NCBI GenBank assembly: GCA_032718475.1 | Contig: JAUCBJ010004813.1 | Span: 1-64,000, forward strand | From: Nemertoderma westbladi | Taxonomy: Eukaryota; Animalia; Xenacoelomorpha | DNA length: 64,000 bases | Direction of reading: 5' to 3' | In this document: positions 1 through 12,900 of the stretch, piece by piece | Position numbering within the stretch: the stretch's first letter is position 1 | Layout: every line of letters starts with the position of its first letter | Translations under genes and position numbers: made by a program | The notes under the pieces: model-generated | Seen by the model: only the letters and a program-made list of their open reading frames with translations | Told to the model about the DNA's origin: nothing | The model's database searches: none

Positions 1-1
1 A

Positions 2-1255
2 CAGTCCCTATCTCATTCTAGATACTGTTTCTCAAACTGGGTACCTTTTCTCTTACCTCACTCTTACTAACTCAAACCTGTCTGGTTTACTCAAATCCAA
101 CTCAAACTCGCGTAACCACCCACTGTGCACTGTGTAGCATTCATACAACAAGCTGTCTGTGTTTAATGGCCCACTCGCTTCTGTTATACTCTGCCTACGG
201 GTACTTTATGGTCTCCTGCTGTTATAACATTCCCTAAACTTGATTTGTTTGTGTGTAATTAACTCCAGTAGACAGTGAGAATTAAGTTGCAGACTCAGTG
301 ACTCAATTTATTTTTAAATTTCAGAATAAAAAAATTATATGCTAAAAAATTATTAAACTGAAGAATTATTAATTTTTATTACATTTATTAAGTATGTATG
401 ACTCATAACATATTAACGTTATTTTACATTAAAATATAACCATATAATATAACCAACCAATTTAATAAATTTATTTTAATGTCGCGTATGTTTCGCTAAT
501 GTTTCTAATGTTTAACTTTAATGTTTTACTAATGATTAATTCTCTATTACATCGTCAACACAATTATTCGCAATACATCCGGGTGTGGGTATACGGGGCA
601 AAGGGGCCAGAGGAAACCTCTGTAATTATAGACAGGGCCATATTTATGGGAGGAGGGGGGGGGGGGGGGGTGTTGCGAGGTCCCATATGCACTAATAATT
701 CTTAATTAACCATTAGATTGTTAAACTGATATGTCTTGTAAGGCACCAATTGACATCAAACAGACAGACAACAGAACACCAATTTCCCACAACAATATTC
801 CCAGAATTAAAACTTTCTCTACAAACAGACCGAGCCAGTGTGGTTTAGTTAACAACATACATTTAGTAAAGCCCACAAAGGAACTGCTTGATTGACATGT
901 CTTTTATGAGGCACAGGCAAGCCGGCCTGCCCAGCTTATGTAATTCAACCCATTAACTCAAGAGCCCAAGCAACAGACAGAGGCCCCTTCCCCATGTGGT
1001 GCCTCACTCAACCAGAGTAATTATCCATCCCGTACAGGAAGAGTAATGCTGAGTATGACACAGTTGGAAGTCAACCTAACTCAAACCAAGGCGCCAGACT
1101 CTAGTTTGAGTTAGATTGAGCTGGCTGCATCTTTCTGATTTCTCAACTCTTACCCCAGTCTTACCTACTGAAATTCTCCGTTGACTATCATTAGTAAAAG
1201 GTTTGAGAAATGATACCCAGTTTGAGAAATAATATTCAGAATGAGATAGGGACTG
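2..1255. mobile_element. Non-autonomous TIR element (MITE), Tc1/mariner-pogo type ends
   Basis: cagtccctatctcattct at 2-19 is the reverse complement of agaatgagatagggactg at 1238-1255; ctcaaactgggta (31-43) pairs with tacccagtttgag (1214-1226); TA follows the right end; no coding capacity. Confidence 0.75.
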
Positions 1256-1570
1256 TAAATAACTTATATGCATATATTTATAGGTTATATATATAACCTT
1301 AAAAATATGAGAAAAAAATGTTCTAACAAAAAATTGGGTTTCAATTCCATTTGCTGTTTATGTTATTTATTATTATTATTATCTTTAATCCAGGCCGTGG
1401 CCCATAAAATATAAATTTAAATACAGTACAGTAGCACAGGATAAAATACACGATCATAAAGACAACTGACTGACTGATTGACAATAGTTATTAAACAATA
1501 CAATACATACAAATTACGATAAATAGATACGGGCCATAAGTATATTATATTAAAATTGATTATAGTATAT

Positions 1571-1802
1571 TGTAGTGGCCATGTATATATATTAGGGGTC
1601 ATCGAACCTGAATTGAACTAATACTGTTGTACCTTACTGCAGTATGCACCCATGACTGTGCACGGTATCAACTTTCAGTTTCATGGAAACTGTTGTTACA
1701 GTCAGACAGTGGCTGTACCCGTAGTCATGACTAATACTGGTTTTACTTACTGCTGTACTGACTCATGCAAATATTAAACGTTGAGAGACTACGCTCTCCA
1801 CA
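1571..1802 (+). repeat. Gypsy 5' LTR
   Basis: tgtagtggcc...ctctccaca; no differences from 5405-5636 seen by eye. Confidence 0.97.
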
Positions 1803-1803
1803 T

Positions 1804-1816
1804 TGGTGACCCAGAC
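1804..1816 (+). promoter_or_regulatory. Primer-binding site, tRNA-Trp-like
   Basis: tggtgacccagac matches 12/13 nt of TGGTGACCCCGAC, the complement of the eukaryotic tRNA-Trp 3' end. Confidence 0.75.
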
Positions 1817-1861
1817 TTGCGCGAACGGATTTCGCGTACAGGCGTAGCTCTGTAGCTACCG

Positions 1862-2551
1862 ATGGCTAACGACCTCAACGCGGTCGCCATCAAACTGCCC
1901 CCGTTCTGGACGGAAAACCCATCCGTCTGGTTCGCGCAGGTGGAGGCCCAGTTCCAACTCCGGAGGATTGTCGACGACTCGACAAAGTACTATCACGTCA
2001 TCGCCTCTCTCGACCAGCCGACCGCCGCTCGCCTCCTCGACACACTCACCGCTCCGCCTACAGATGGGAAGTACGAGGGACTGAAGGTGAGGCTCCTCGG
2101 GACTTTCGCCCTGAGTCGGCGGGAGCACGCTGCGAGACTCCTCCATATGCGTGGGCTGGGCGACCGCAAGCCGTCCGAACTCATGGACGAGATGCTGGGG
2201 CTCCTCACCGGGCACACGCCGTGTTTGCTGTTCGAGCAACTCTTCCTCGAACAGCTCCCCGATGACATTCGGCTACAAATCTCCAACGACTCTTTCGAGG
2301 ACCCCCGCGCCCTGGCTGCGACCGCCGACGTTCTTTGGTTGGCCAAACGCCAGGGACAATCCCAACTGGCCGGCGTGAACAGGGGGATGACAAACTCGCG
2401 TCGCCCCAGGGACTCCTCCACAAACTCCTCCGGCACTGCTCAGCCTGACACCAAAAGCGTGTGTTACTACCATGCTCGGTTCGGTAGCGCTGCCAAGCAG
2501 TGCAAGGCGCCGTGTTCCTTCCCGGGAAACGCCCCGACCAGCCGACGGTAG
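1862..2551 (+). CDS. gag: Gypsy gag (229 aa)
   Basis: KLPPFW...[10 protein letters not shown]-terminus and C-terminal CYYH..FG..A..C..PC motif typical of short-gag Gypsy lineages. Confidence 0.92.
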   Translation: MANDLNAVAIKLPPFWTENPSVWFAQVEAQFQLRRIVDDSTKYYHVIASLDQPTAARLLDTLTAPPTDGKYEGLKVRLLGTFALSRREHAARLLHMRGLGDRKPSELMDEMLGLLTGHTPCLLFEQLFLEQLPDDIRLQISNDSFEDPRALAATADVLWLAKRQGQSQLAGVNRGMTNSRRPRDSSTNSSGTAQPDTKSVCYYHARFGSAAKQCKAPCSFPGNAPTSRR

Positions 2552-5383
2552 CCGCGGCGTCGACTGGTCGATACAAACAGCGGGATAACCTCCTCTACCT
2601 CTGGGACCGGAACTCCGGGCGCCACTTCCTCGTGGACACCGGCGCCCAGGTGAGTGTGTTCCCCGCCAGCGGATTCGACACCCGTTCCGGACGTACTGGG
2701 CCGCCGCTCCTCGCCGTCAACAGATCATCGATTCGTTCCTACGGGACGCGCTCTATCCCCCTGCGGTTCAACGACCGGCGGACCCACTGGGACTTCGTCA
2801 TCGCAGACGTCCCCCAACCGTTGCTTGGGGCTGATTTCCTCTGCGACCACGCCCTGATGGTTGACGTTAAGGGGCAGCAACTCATCGACATGGAAACTTT
2901 CCAGCCGATCCCCCTCCGTTGCTCCTCCTCCACCATCCCGGGAACCCATCCTCACCTCGCGTCGACCTCCGTGGACCGAGTTTACTCCGACCTCCTGGCG
3001 GAGTTCTCCTCCATCACGACGCCGACCTTCTCGGACTCGTCTACTCGCCACGGCGTGGAGCATTACATCCCGACCGCCGGTCGCCCCGTCCACGCCCGCG
3101 CTCGACGACTCCCGCCGGATAAACTCGAGATCGCGCGGGCGGAGTTCAGCAAGATGGAGGAGATGGGGATTATTCGCCGTTCGAATAGTCCCTGGTCGTC
3201 TCCCCTCCATATGGCGCCCAAGCCGGCCGGGGGTTCGCGCCCCTGCGGGGACTACCGTCTCCTCAACGACGCCACGACCCCCGATCGCTACCCAGTCCCG
3301 CACATCCAGGACTTCTCGGCGCGTCTCGCCGGGGCCACGATCTTCTCTAAGGTCGACCTGGTGCGGGGCTACCACCAGATCCCCGTGGCCCCCGGCGACG
3401 TTCCCAAGACCGCCGTTATCACTCCGTTCGGACTCTTCGAGTTTGTCCGGATGCCGTTCGGCCTCAAGAACGCCGCCCAGGCCTTCCAACGCCTGATGGA
3501 CTCCGTCTGCGCTGGGTTGGACTTCCTCTTCGCGTACCTGGACGACATTCTCATCGCAAGCGCGACCCCCGAGGAACACCTCGTCCACCTCCGCCAACTC
3601 TTCCAACGACTCCAGGACAACGGCCTCGTCGTCAACCTGGCGAAGTGCGAGTTCGGGGTGGCGGAGATCCAGTTCCTCGGACACATCGTCAACGAGTCCG
3701 GAGTCCATCCGCTCCCGGACAAAGTGGAAGCCGTCCGCTCCTTCCCTCGTCCAACCACCACTAAAGGGTTGTGGGAATTTATCGGTATGGTAACGTTTTA
3801 CCACCGATTTATTCCCGCAGCTGCTGCCACCATGCAGCCCCTTTATGCCGCCGTCGCCACAAAGGTTAAGGACGTCGACTGGACTCCCGAACTCACCGCC
3901 GCTTTCGAGTCCTCCAAGCGGGCCCTCGCGGACGCCACCATGCTCGTCCACCCCCGCCACGACGCCCCAACCTCCATCACCACCGACGCCTCCGACTCCG
4001 CAGTCGGCGCGGCCCTCGAGCAGTGGTCCGATGGGAAGTGGCGGCCGCTCGCCTTCTTCAGCCGCCAACTCCGCCCTCCGGAACGGAAGTACAGCGCCTA
4101 CGACCGCGAACTCCTCGGCCTGTACCTCGCGGTCCGCCACTTCCGGTATTTCCTAGAGGGCCGTCCGTTTGTGGCCTATACGGACCACAAACCGCTGACC
4201 CACGCGTGCGCCAAGGTCACTGACCCCTGGTCTCCCCGTCAACAGCGCCACCTGGCGTACATATCTGAGTTCACCACCAATGTACGTCATGTTGACGGGA
4301 AGGACAACCAGGTCGCGGACGCCCTCTCTCGCAGCTTCGTGGGCCATCTGTCGACCCAACTCGGGGTCGACTATAAGGCCATGTCGGCCGCCCAACGGGA
4401 GGACAACGAACTACAGGCCTTCCGGGCAAACCCTGGTAGCCTCGATCTACGTGACGTCACAATCGCGGACGATGACGTCACGCTCCTCTGTGACGTCTCT
4501 ATGGGCCGACCTCGGCCGATAGTCCCCAGCATGTGGCGCCGCCACATGTTCGATGTGGTACATTCGCTGTCCCACCCATCAATCCGCTCCACTAGGAAAC
4601 TCCTCTCCGAGCGTTTCGTCTGGCACGGCCTGTCCAAACAAGTGACGAGCTGGGCCAAGGCTTGCGTCGCCTGCCAGACCTCTAAGGTTCAACGCCATAT
4701 AAAGGCCCCCCTCGAGACATTCTCTGTTCCTCGACGCCGGTTCGACCATGTCAACGTCGACCTGGTAGGGCCCCTCCCTCCATCCAGAGGCTCCACCTAC
4801 CTGTTTACGATCGTCGACCGGACTACTCGTTGGCCCGAGGCCATCCCGCTCGCCGACTCCACAACCGAGAGCTGCGCCCGCGCTCTCGTCGCCACTGACG
4901 GTGCCTGGCGACTTAGTTGCCTCGCCAACCGACCCTCCGAACTCGACAGCTTTCCTCCCGGGCCTCCACAACCACGCACGGCAGTTCATGCCCACACCAA
5001 CCTCCCGTCATGGCCAACCCAACTCGTCAGTGCCGTCACAACTAACAACCAGTGACTATGTCTTTTTACGCACTGATGCTCACCGCGCTCCCTTACAGCG
5101 GCCCTACACCGGGCCGTACAAGGTCGTACAGCGCGGCTCAAAGACGTTCGTCATCGAGGTGGGCGGGCGTCAGGAGACCGTCTCCATCGACAGACTCAAA
5201 CCGGCCCACCTCACTATCGATGAACCCGTCATTGTGGCCATCCCACCGCGCCGTGGTCGACCACCTACAGTGACACCCCCGGACCTCCCTCCCCCCAGTC
5301 CCTGCAATTCACCCGAACCACCGCAAACTACCATAGCAACTCGAAGTGGGCGGGCCATCCGGCAGCCGGACTATTTTTATTAA
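2500..5383 (+). pseudogene. pol: Gypsy pol (protease, RT, RNase H, integrase) with internal deletion/frameshift in integrase
   Basis: FLVDTGA protease, YLDD RT, TDAS RNase H, HHCC and first integrase Asp (VDLVGP); the sequence jumps near 4891-4896 to the GPY-containing C-terminus in another frame (4901-5383). Confidence 0.9.
2524..2570 (+). promoter_or_regulatory. -1 programmed ribosomal frameshift signal (G GGA AAC plus hairpin)
   Basis: Slippery heptamer in gag phase at 2524-2530; stem cgaccagccgacg/cgtcgactggtcg (12/13 paired) at 2535-2570; pol is in the -1 frame. Confidence 0.8.
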
Positions 5384-5404
5384 TTCAGGTTCTGGGGGGA
5401 GCCA

Positions 5405-5636
5405 TGTAGTGGCCATGTATATATATTAGGGGTCATCGAACCTGAATTGAACTAATACTGTTGTACCTTACTGCAGTATGCACCCATGACTGTGCACGGT
5501 ATCAACTTTCAGTTTCATGGAAACTGTTGTTACAGTCAGACAGTGGCTGTACCCGTAGTCATGACTAATACTGGTTTTACTTACTGCTGTACTGACTCAT
5601 GCAAATATTAAACGTTGAGAGACTACGCTCTCCACA
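5405..5636 (+). repeat. Gypsy 3' LTR
   Basis: Copy of 1571-1802, preceded by the PPT and followed by the ATAT TSD. Confidence 0.97.
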
Positions 5637-5877
5637 ATATACATATAAATAGATTATAATGATCACGATTACAATAATTTAACTCAACATCATATTATTA
5701 TTAATATTGTGTTATTATTATTATTAATATAGTGTTAAGATTAATATTATTAATATTATGTATTTACCAAAAAATTGTAATTGACCTATTGGTCAAAGTA
5801 ATTGACCTACCGCTATGAGTGCACCAGTAATAACAAGAAAGTACTGCAGGTAGGTCTATATATAAATCCTAACCATA

Positions 5878-7300
5878 TGTCACGGTCGTAACCGATTTTC
5901 ATTGCGTTACGCTCGTGACAAGGAATGTCACGGGGCGTAACCAAAAAGAATGATCAATCACGACAAAAGTTTACACTGCAGCAGTAGGTGATTTCCTTTA
6001 TGCAATAGCGAATATATCAAAGTAACATGGTTTAAATTTCCCGCCAATAGTTGTTAAAACTCTTAGAGTAATGCAAACAATTCGGCGTTTTTGTCACGGT
6101 CGTAACATATACATTTTGTAAAAATCTGTATTGTTTGAAGGGTCGTAGATAGCTCAAACTGAAACTTAAACATCCAATATTAGGTCTCTGTGGGTAGAAG
6201 AAAACGTGAAAAAACACATAAAAAAAAATTCACACGAAAATATTAAACTGTAATAAAATATACTCAAATGTGTTCTAAGACATTTTTGAGGATACATGGA
6301 CAAATTTTACATGAATTTTAGTCGCGTTTTCTCTGAGCTATTGCAGATTCAGCATTGGAATTACAGATTTTTGGCTGTATTGTCGATAAAGTAGAATGTT
6401 TAAGCTACAAAATGCACCAAAAATTTTCTCAAAAGACAAACTTCAAAAAATGACTCTCAGGTGCATTTTCCATGGAATTGCCCAAAAACGTCCAACAATA
6501 AAGGGTCGGACTGATCATTTTGGTGCAGGTCGACCAACTGACTGACTGAACTGAGTCGTGAGATTGAAGAATATTTAGTTTCTTCACTAGAATTCTTAGG
6601 AGATCTAGGCTGTCCACTTGAACCAAATGTGCTAGCCACTGTTGTCAAGTCTTATCTTGATCAAACTGTAGAAACAACTTGCTTTGTTGAGAACACTCCA
6701 GGATACGACTGGCTGATCAGCTTTAAAACTAGATGGAAGCAACGAATTTGTGAAAGAAAGCCTGAGTATGTTACCATAGCCAGGGCAAAAGGCTTAACAT
6801 CAGATGTAATCGATGGCATCTTCCACATGGTACATGATCTTGTAGTTAAGCTTGATATAGCTGATAGACCAGGGCGTTTCTTCAATCTGGACGAAATTGG
6901 TCTTGCCCTGGATCCAAAAGCTCGAAAGTGTTTCTACCGCCGAGGTAGCAAAGATGCACAGTTTTTGGTTTCTAGTGAGAGTAAGACCATGTATACTGTT
7001 CTTTTCTGCAGTAGTGCATCTGGGGAGTATATGCCACCATATGTGGTGTATAAAGGAAAGGGAAATCAAGTTATGGACTCTTGGGTTATTGGGGGGCCAG
7101 AGAATACAAGCTATAACGTGAGTGGGAGTGCCGGGATGGAGGACTTCATTTTTGAAGCGTGGTTCGAAGATATACTTCTGAAATATCTGAGAAGAAGACC
7201 AAAGCTGATTGTTATCTTCTTTGATGGCCATGGGTCGCATCCCAAACCGCAGCTAAGGCTAGGGAAGAAGGAGTTCACATTGTGTGCCTGCCTCCACACA
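5878..7300 (+). pseudogene. Degenerate pogo/Tigger-like (HTH + DDE_1) transposase with upstream subterminal gtcacg-gtcgtaac repeats
   Basis: ORF 6629-7369: PGYDWLISFKTRW, FNLDEIG, TVLFCSSASGEYMPPYVVYKGK, FFDGHGSH; frameshifted and truncated after GSH. Confidence 0.8.
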
Positions 7301-7309
7301 CATCGACTA

Positions 7310-7620
7310 ATCGTAAACCCCTCAACTTTCTTAATTACTGAGGAGGTAAGCAGAAGGGTCTACCGGTAGCAACTGCGACTCAAATTATAGTGGGTTTTGT
7401 GTGGATTAAATGCTATTTCATAATCCCTACGTGTGTCAGTTGCAATCCTCCTTATATATGATCAAAATCAGTGATGGTCGGCAATTTAGTGTGAATTGGT
7501 GTGAAGTCGTGTGAAGGTTAATAAAGCATTTCCTAAAGAATGCGCTATTTACGAGATTCTATAGCCATCTAGTTGTGATTCGTGTAAGTTATAGGTATTC
7601 TCCAAAGATAACATCCATTA
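7310..7620 (+). repeat. Diverged fragment of a BEL-family LTR
   Basis: Colinear similarity to ~37600-37930 (aggtaag...ccctac..gtcagt...aaaatcagtga...agcatttcctaaagaatgcgc). Confidence 0.75.
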
Positions 7621-8094
7621 ATATAAACAGCAATTAACACAATATAAAACAGCATTAAGACAGTGCGGTGAACAGTCAGTATGTGTTCATGGAGTTCAGT
7701 ATGATAAGTATGAAATAAGTTAAGTTTGTATGCAATGTTAAGTTAAGTTAATAGATTTACGTTCTTATAACTCCAGCCATCAGATGTTCTTGGGCCAAAG
7801 TCTGAAACGTCTGTACTTAGTACTGAATCGAGAAAGGAATCGGATTCTCAGAAAAACTATAACTGCGCATGCGCCAATTTCCATGGGTCTTTATTCGCAT
7901 AACTGGGAAGATTGCTCTGATTGGCTGAAATATGCCCAAAAAAAGAAACCTCCATGTACACAAAGAATCAGCTGAAAGATTTCGTCATCTTGGTTCTAAT
8001 TTCTGACCGACGCGTAGTTGAACAATTTTAGGCCTTTTTAGAGTATTCAGCGCATTGCGTAAAAATTACTTGTTATGTCCGCAAAAGCTTTTAC

Positions 8095-8210
8095 AAAAAC
8101 ATTCGTGCCGAATCGAAAACTACCTTGACCCCCACGCCGGGGTTGAACCCACAACCTCCGAGATATGTGAATTCAATATAACCACTACACCAAGGTGCGC
8201 TCTGAACCAA
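8095..8210 (-). mobile_element. tRNA-derived SINE head fragment
   Basis: Reverse complement aligns with 34721-34822 (ccttggtgtagtggtt..gaattcacat..ggttc..ttcggcacgaatg). Confidence 0.7.
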
Positions 8211-9966
8211 GGTGGAACAAGTGTCAGATACCGTCAGATCAGATCAGATAATGACAGACGATTTAGCCATCATTCCTACTATCTGCAGACAGTAGGTGCA
8301 ACTATTTATTACACTATTACAGTATTAGTGTATTAGTTCAGTAGTCTATTAGTATCATTAGCATCAATCAATGTATGCAGAATGCAGGCACGCGATTCAG
8401 CGAATGCAGAATGCCACCCCATCCCACAGTCCCATACTGCCATAAAAGCATAACGCAAACCATAACCCAATAACCACCTGACTGCCTGTGACCACCAGCT
8501 GACCAGAGCCAGAGCTGCAGAGACCACCCACTGACGCTGACCCAGCCACCTGGCTGCCTGGAGCCTGGACCACTGCTGCACTGTACGTGTACAGTTATCA
8601 GCAGCAACGTACATACTACATCTGTACATACGTCAGGATGTAGGTCTGTAGTCAGGTAGTTGAGTTACCGGTCAGCCGGTACCGGACCATCTGACTGCTA
8701 ACTTGCATCAGCTAACTTGCATCAGTCTGTCAGTCAGCTTGTCAGTATCAGTAGTGACAAGACAACTGGACTGGCCTGGAACTCATCAGCTGACAATGCA
8801 AGTTGACTTGTTCAGTTGTTTTGAGTGTACAAATGAAATTAAAAGGCAAATTAAAGATGAAAAATCAAAAACCTAGTTTTGGGCTTTTTTAAAATTTTAG
8901 GTTTTTGACAAAAACCTACAAAAACCTAGGTTTACAAAAACCTACTTTGCCAGCCCTGCCTACTGCTGTACTGCGTAACCTACCTGCTGACCGATCTTTA
9001 CTAAACCTGCTCCCTGTCCTTTAAATGGCACTGGCAACTGGGACCTAACACCTAACTGCCTAACGCGACTTTGGGGTGACTTTATATCTTTGTTTTGTAC
9101 AATAATAATAATAATAATAATAAAATAAACTTGTATAGCGCCAAATTTACAATAATTAAACAGTACGCTAAGGCGCTTAAGTCACTATCTAGAGATATTG
9201 GTACATAGCGATAAAGTACGATAAACGAATATAAGAAACTCAATTAATGCACCAAATACAGACAAATTAGTGATAAAGTAAAATATTTTGGATTATTAAA
9301 ATGGACAAGTAAGCGATATGTAAAATATATGATAAATATATGTCATAAAAAATATGTAAAATATTTAGAGCATTAAAATAAAACCGGCAAATTTTGATAA
9401 CGTTACACAATTGGGGCATTAAAAACAGGCAGATATGTGACACGACAACGATCAGCTTAAGTTCAGTGATACAATTACAAATACTTAAATTAATTACTAC
9501 AAATTGACAATGCAGTTTGTAATTTTATTGCGTGTCGAAAAGTATCAAAATAGACAAATTCGTGATCAACTAATATAAGCAAAATAATTAATTAGGGATT
9601 TAAAAAGGGAAAATAAAGTGACAAACGAATATGTAAAATATTTAGAGCATTAAAATAAAACCGGCAAATTTTGATAACGTTACACAATTGGGGCATTAAA
9701 AAACAGGCAGATATGTGACACGACAACTATCAACATAAAGTTCAGTAATACAATTACGAATACTTCAATAAATAAAACGGTTCAATCAACAGTTCAGTTC
9801 AAATTTTCAATATAAGTAAAATTAATTAGAGCTTGTTAAAATACATGGTTAAAAGAAAAAAGTTTGTACGATATACAATGCAGTATACATACCAACATTA
9901 TTAGAACATTAAAAGATGTTATAAAGAAATATAATTAAATTAAATACTAGAGGTATTCGAAACTAA

Positions 9967-12900
9967 TTATGCGTATGCCATGGAGAAAAGGTATGTTTTG
10001 AGTCGTCGCTTGAAGGTCGGTGTATCGGAAATCGAACGGATATCTGTGGGGAGTTTATTCCAGAGTCTGGCATCTGGGGGCAGCTATGGGGAAGGCCCGA
10101 CGGCCCAAAGTTTGGCAGTTAAAACGCGGTTCGACGAGCGAGAGTGAAGTGCACCTTCGGGTTGTGTGGTTTGCGTAGGTCACCGGGGTTAGCAATTCGC
10201 GGATGTACTGTGGTGCTTGTTGCGATCGGGACTTGTGAACGAGGAGAAGTAATTTGAATTCGATGCGTTTCCGAACTGGTAGCCAATGTAATTGCTTGAG
10301 ACTCGGAGTGATGTGATCGTATTTGTGAACCTTCGTTAGTAGACGTGCAGCCGAGTTTTGTACGCGTTGCAATTTTGCAAGTTGGTAGCCAGGTACACCG
10401 TAGAGAAGACCGTTACAGTAATCGATAAGGCTTGATATGAGCGAGTGTATGATGGTTTCTGCAAACTTCTGGTCGAGAAAGTTGGCGATGCGTCGAATAT
10501 TGTGGAGGTGGAAGAAGGCTGCGCTACATTGGCTACAAGTTTTTGTTATGAACTTGCTCATGGTTAGACCAGGATCGAGCCATGCACCAAGGTTCTTCAC
10601 CGATTTTGCTGGATATATTTCAAAGTCCCCAACACGAATAGACTTAGTAGTTAGTTTAGATAATTGTTGCGGGGTTCCTAATATTATAAACTCGGTTTTG
10701 TCATCGTTTATTTTTAGTTTATTTTCGATGAACCATTCGCGCAAATCTGCGATGCAATTTTCTAGAGCTTTTAGTGCATCGGCTTCATCGGATTCGTTAG
10801 TTGGCTGAAATGCGTGGTAGGTTTGTTTATCATCTGCATATCCATGTAAAGCAATCGGTAAGTGTCGCTCGATGATTTTAAATAGCCCTCTGCCAAAGTT
10901 CCCAAAGTAGTGACATGATGAGCAAGCTCCCTGGGGAAAACCATATTCTAGTAAGTGATCCTTAGAGTTCGAACCCAATGTTGTTACGTGTTGATGACGT
11001 CCTCGGAGAAACAATGAAAACCAACGGAGACAGGTGCCACAAATTCCCAGGTCCGACTCGAATATGTTCAATAGCCGATCGTGGTCTACAGTGTCGAAGG
11101 CGGCACTTAGATCTAGTAGCACTAGAAATTAGGGCTCGATCGGAGTTTGGATTTGGCCGGAGCCGGAGCAGGAGCCGGAGTTGGACAATTTGGCCGGAGC
11201 CGGAGCAGGAGCCGGAGTTTTTCAAAAATTTTAAAAATTTAATTATTTATTTAAAAAAAAAATAAAGTTATGGTTATCGTTCGCCAATCGCTCATAATCA
11301 ATCATACTGTAGGTCTAATTAATTTCATAATTTATAGATTTACGAATTTTCAATTTAAAATTTAAGTAATTAATTTATCATGGACAGACGGCCTGACGCT
11401 GACGGCGACGGCCTGATGCTGACGGCGACGGCCTGACGCTGACGGCTAAAAATTACCTACAGTACCTACCTCGCTAACTGTCTAACTGTGGTAGAGCGTA
11501 GAGGTGTGTACTTGTACTGTAGGTAGCCTACCGTACGTGTACCTGTACTGCAGTACAGTACAGTATGCTGGCATGACAGCAGTAAATGGCTGCAGTGGTA
11601 CAGTCTGACAGTGTACAATCATAGCATTTACAATTTTCTAAAGTTAGGGCCTATCTGTAAGAGTCTGCTAGTCAGCCAGCTGGCCAGTACTAGTACTGCA
11701 GTACAGTCAGTCAGTCATTGACTTTAAGTAAATACTGCAGTATTATCAGATTATACTTGATATTGAAGCTGTACTACAGTACTTATAGTGTTAAATAATT
11801 GTTCAGATTAGAATATGCACGAAATATAATACTTTATTAAAAAATTAACTCCGGCAATATTTTTACCGGAGCCGGAGCAGGAGCCGGAGGTGCCAAAATG
11901 GCCGGAGCCGGAGCCGGAGGCCGGAGCTCCGATCGAGCCCTACTAGAAATGTCACCTTCTTGTTGTCCATGTTGATAAGGATATCGGATTGAACTTTAAT
12001 TAAGGCTGTTTAGGTACTGTGGAATCGTCGATATCCCGATTCAGTGCATGGTAAAGGATGGTTTTCTTCAATGTATGGTAGGAATTGTGACATTACTGCT
12101 CGCTCTGCAATTTTTGATACAAATGGTAAACCACTTACAGGTCGAAAATTGGATTTTATAATCGAGTTCAAATTAGTTTTCTTTAAAGTCGGCGTGACTG
12201 TTGCCGTTTTCCAAACGTCAGGGACGTTACCGCTCTGCAGAGAGTTGTTTGTCATAATACTGATTGGTATACAAAGACTAGAGATGCACTGTTTTACGAT
12301 ACTGGTTGGTAATGGGTCCTGGGGACATTGCTTGTTGGGTGCTGATGATATTAGTCGTCCCACTTCGGAGGTAGGCAATACAGTGAATTGGGAAAGCGTT
12401 GCAGTTCTTGTGTGGTCACTAGATGCTAGAGATTTGATGAGATTTACATTGCATAGGATCCGTTCTGGAGTTCGCAATGTCTAGATCATCTCGGATAATT
12501 CGGATTTTTGCAGCAAAATAATCTGCAAACAAATTAGCCAGCTCGACTGGTGAGTTGTGATTTGGATAAACTATGTTTTTCTTTTGTTTGGCCAGCGAGT
12601 TTACCAGACTGAACAATGCTTTTTGGTCGCCATTACACGCGCGATTTCACCGCGGTAGAAAGCCCTGCGATCTGCGATTAACTTAACAGCGTAGAGTTTT
12701 CGTATTCGCTTAAATTCTTCCAAATCGGTAGGAGATTTCGACTGTCGCCAGCGTCGTTCAGCTGCTCGTCGTTGTGCTTTCAAACTTCTTGCGCTTGTGG
12801 TGAACCATTTAGGACCTGAACGTTCAGTGATTGCTTTGGTTTTCATTTGTCAATCATTGCCGATAAGATCTTGTTGTAAGTTACTGCTTGTTCGTCTATG

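Larger units (their letters stand above)
1571..5636 (+). mobile_element. Ty3/Gypsy LTR retrotransposon, young, integrase-deleted
   Basis: 232-bp TG...CA LTRs at 1571-1802 and 5405-5636, 4-bp ATAT target-site duplication, PBS, PPT (ctggggggagcca 5392-5404), gag and PR-RT-RH-IN ORFs. Confidence 0.97.

Noticed and set aside
2725-4140. 471-aa antisense ORF over Gypsy pol
   Set aside because: Expected shadow ORF of a GC3-rich coding sequence; no recognisable domain.
8860-8957. hAT-like terminus (tgccagccctg with aaaacct repeats)
   Set aside because: Only one end found; not enough to define an element.
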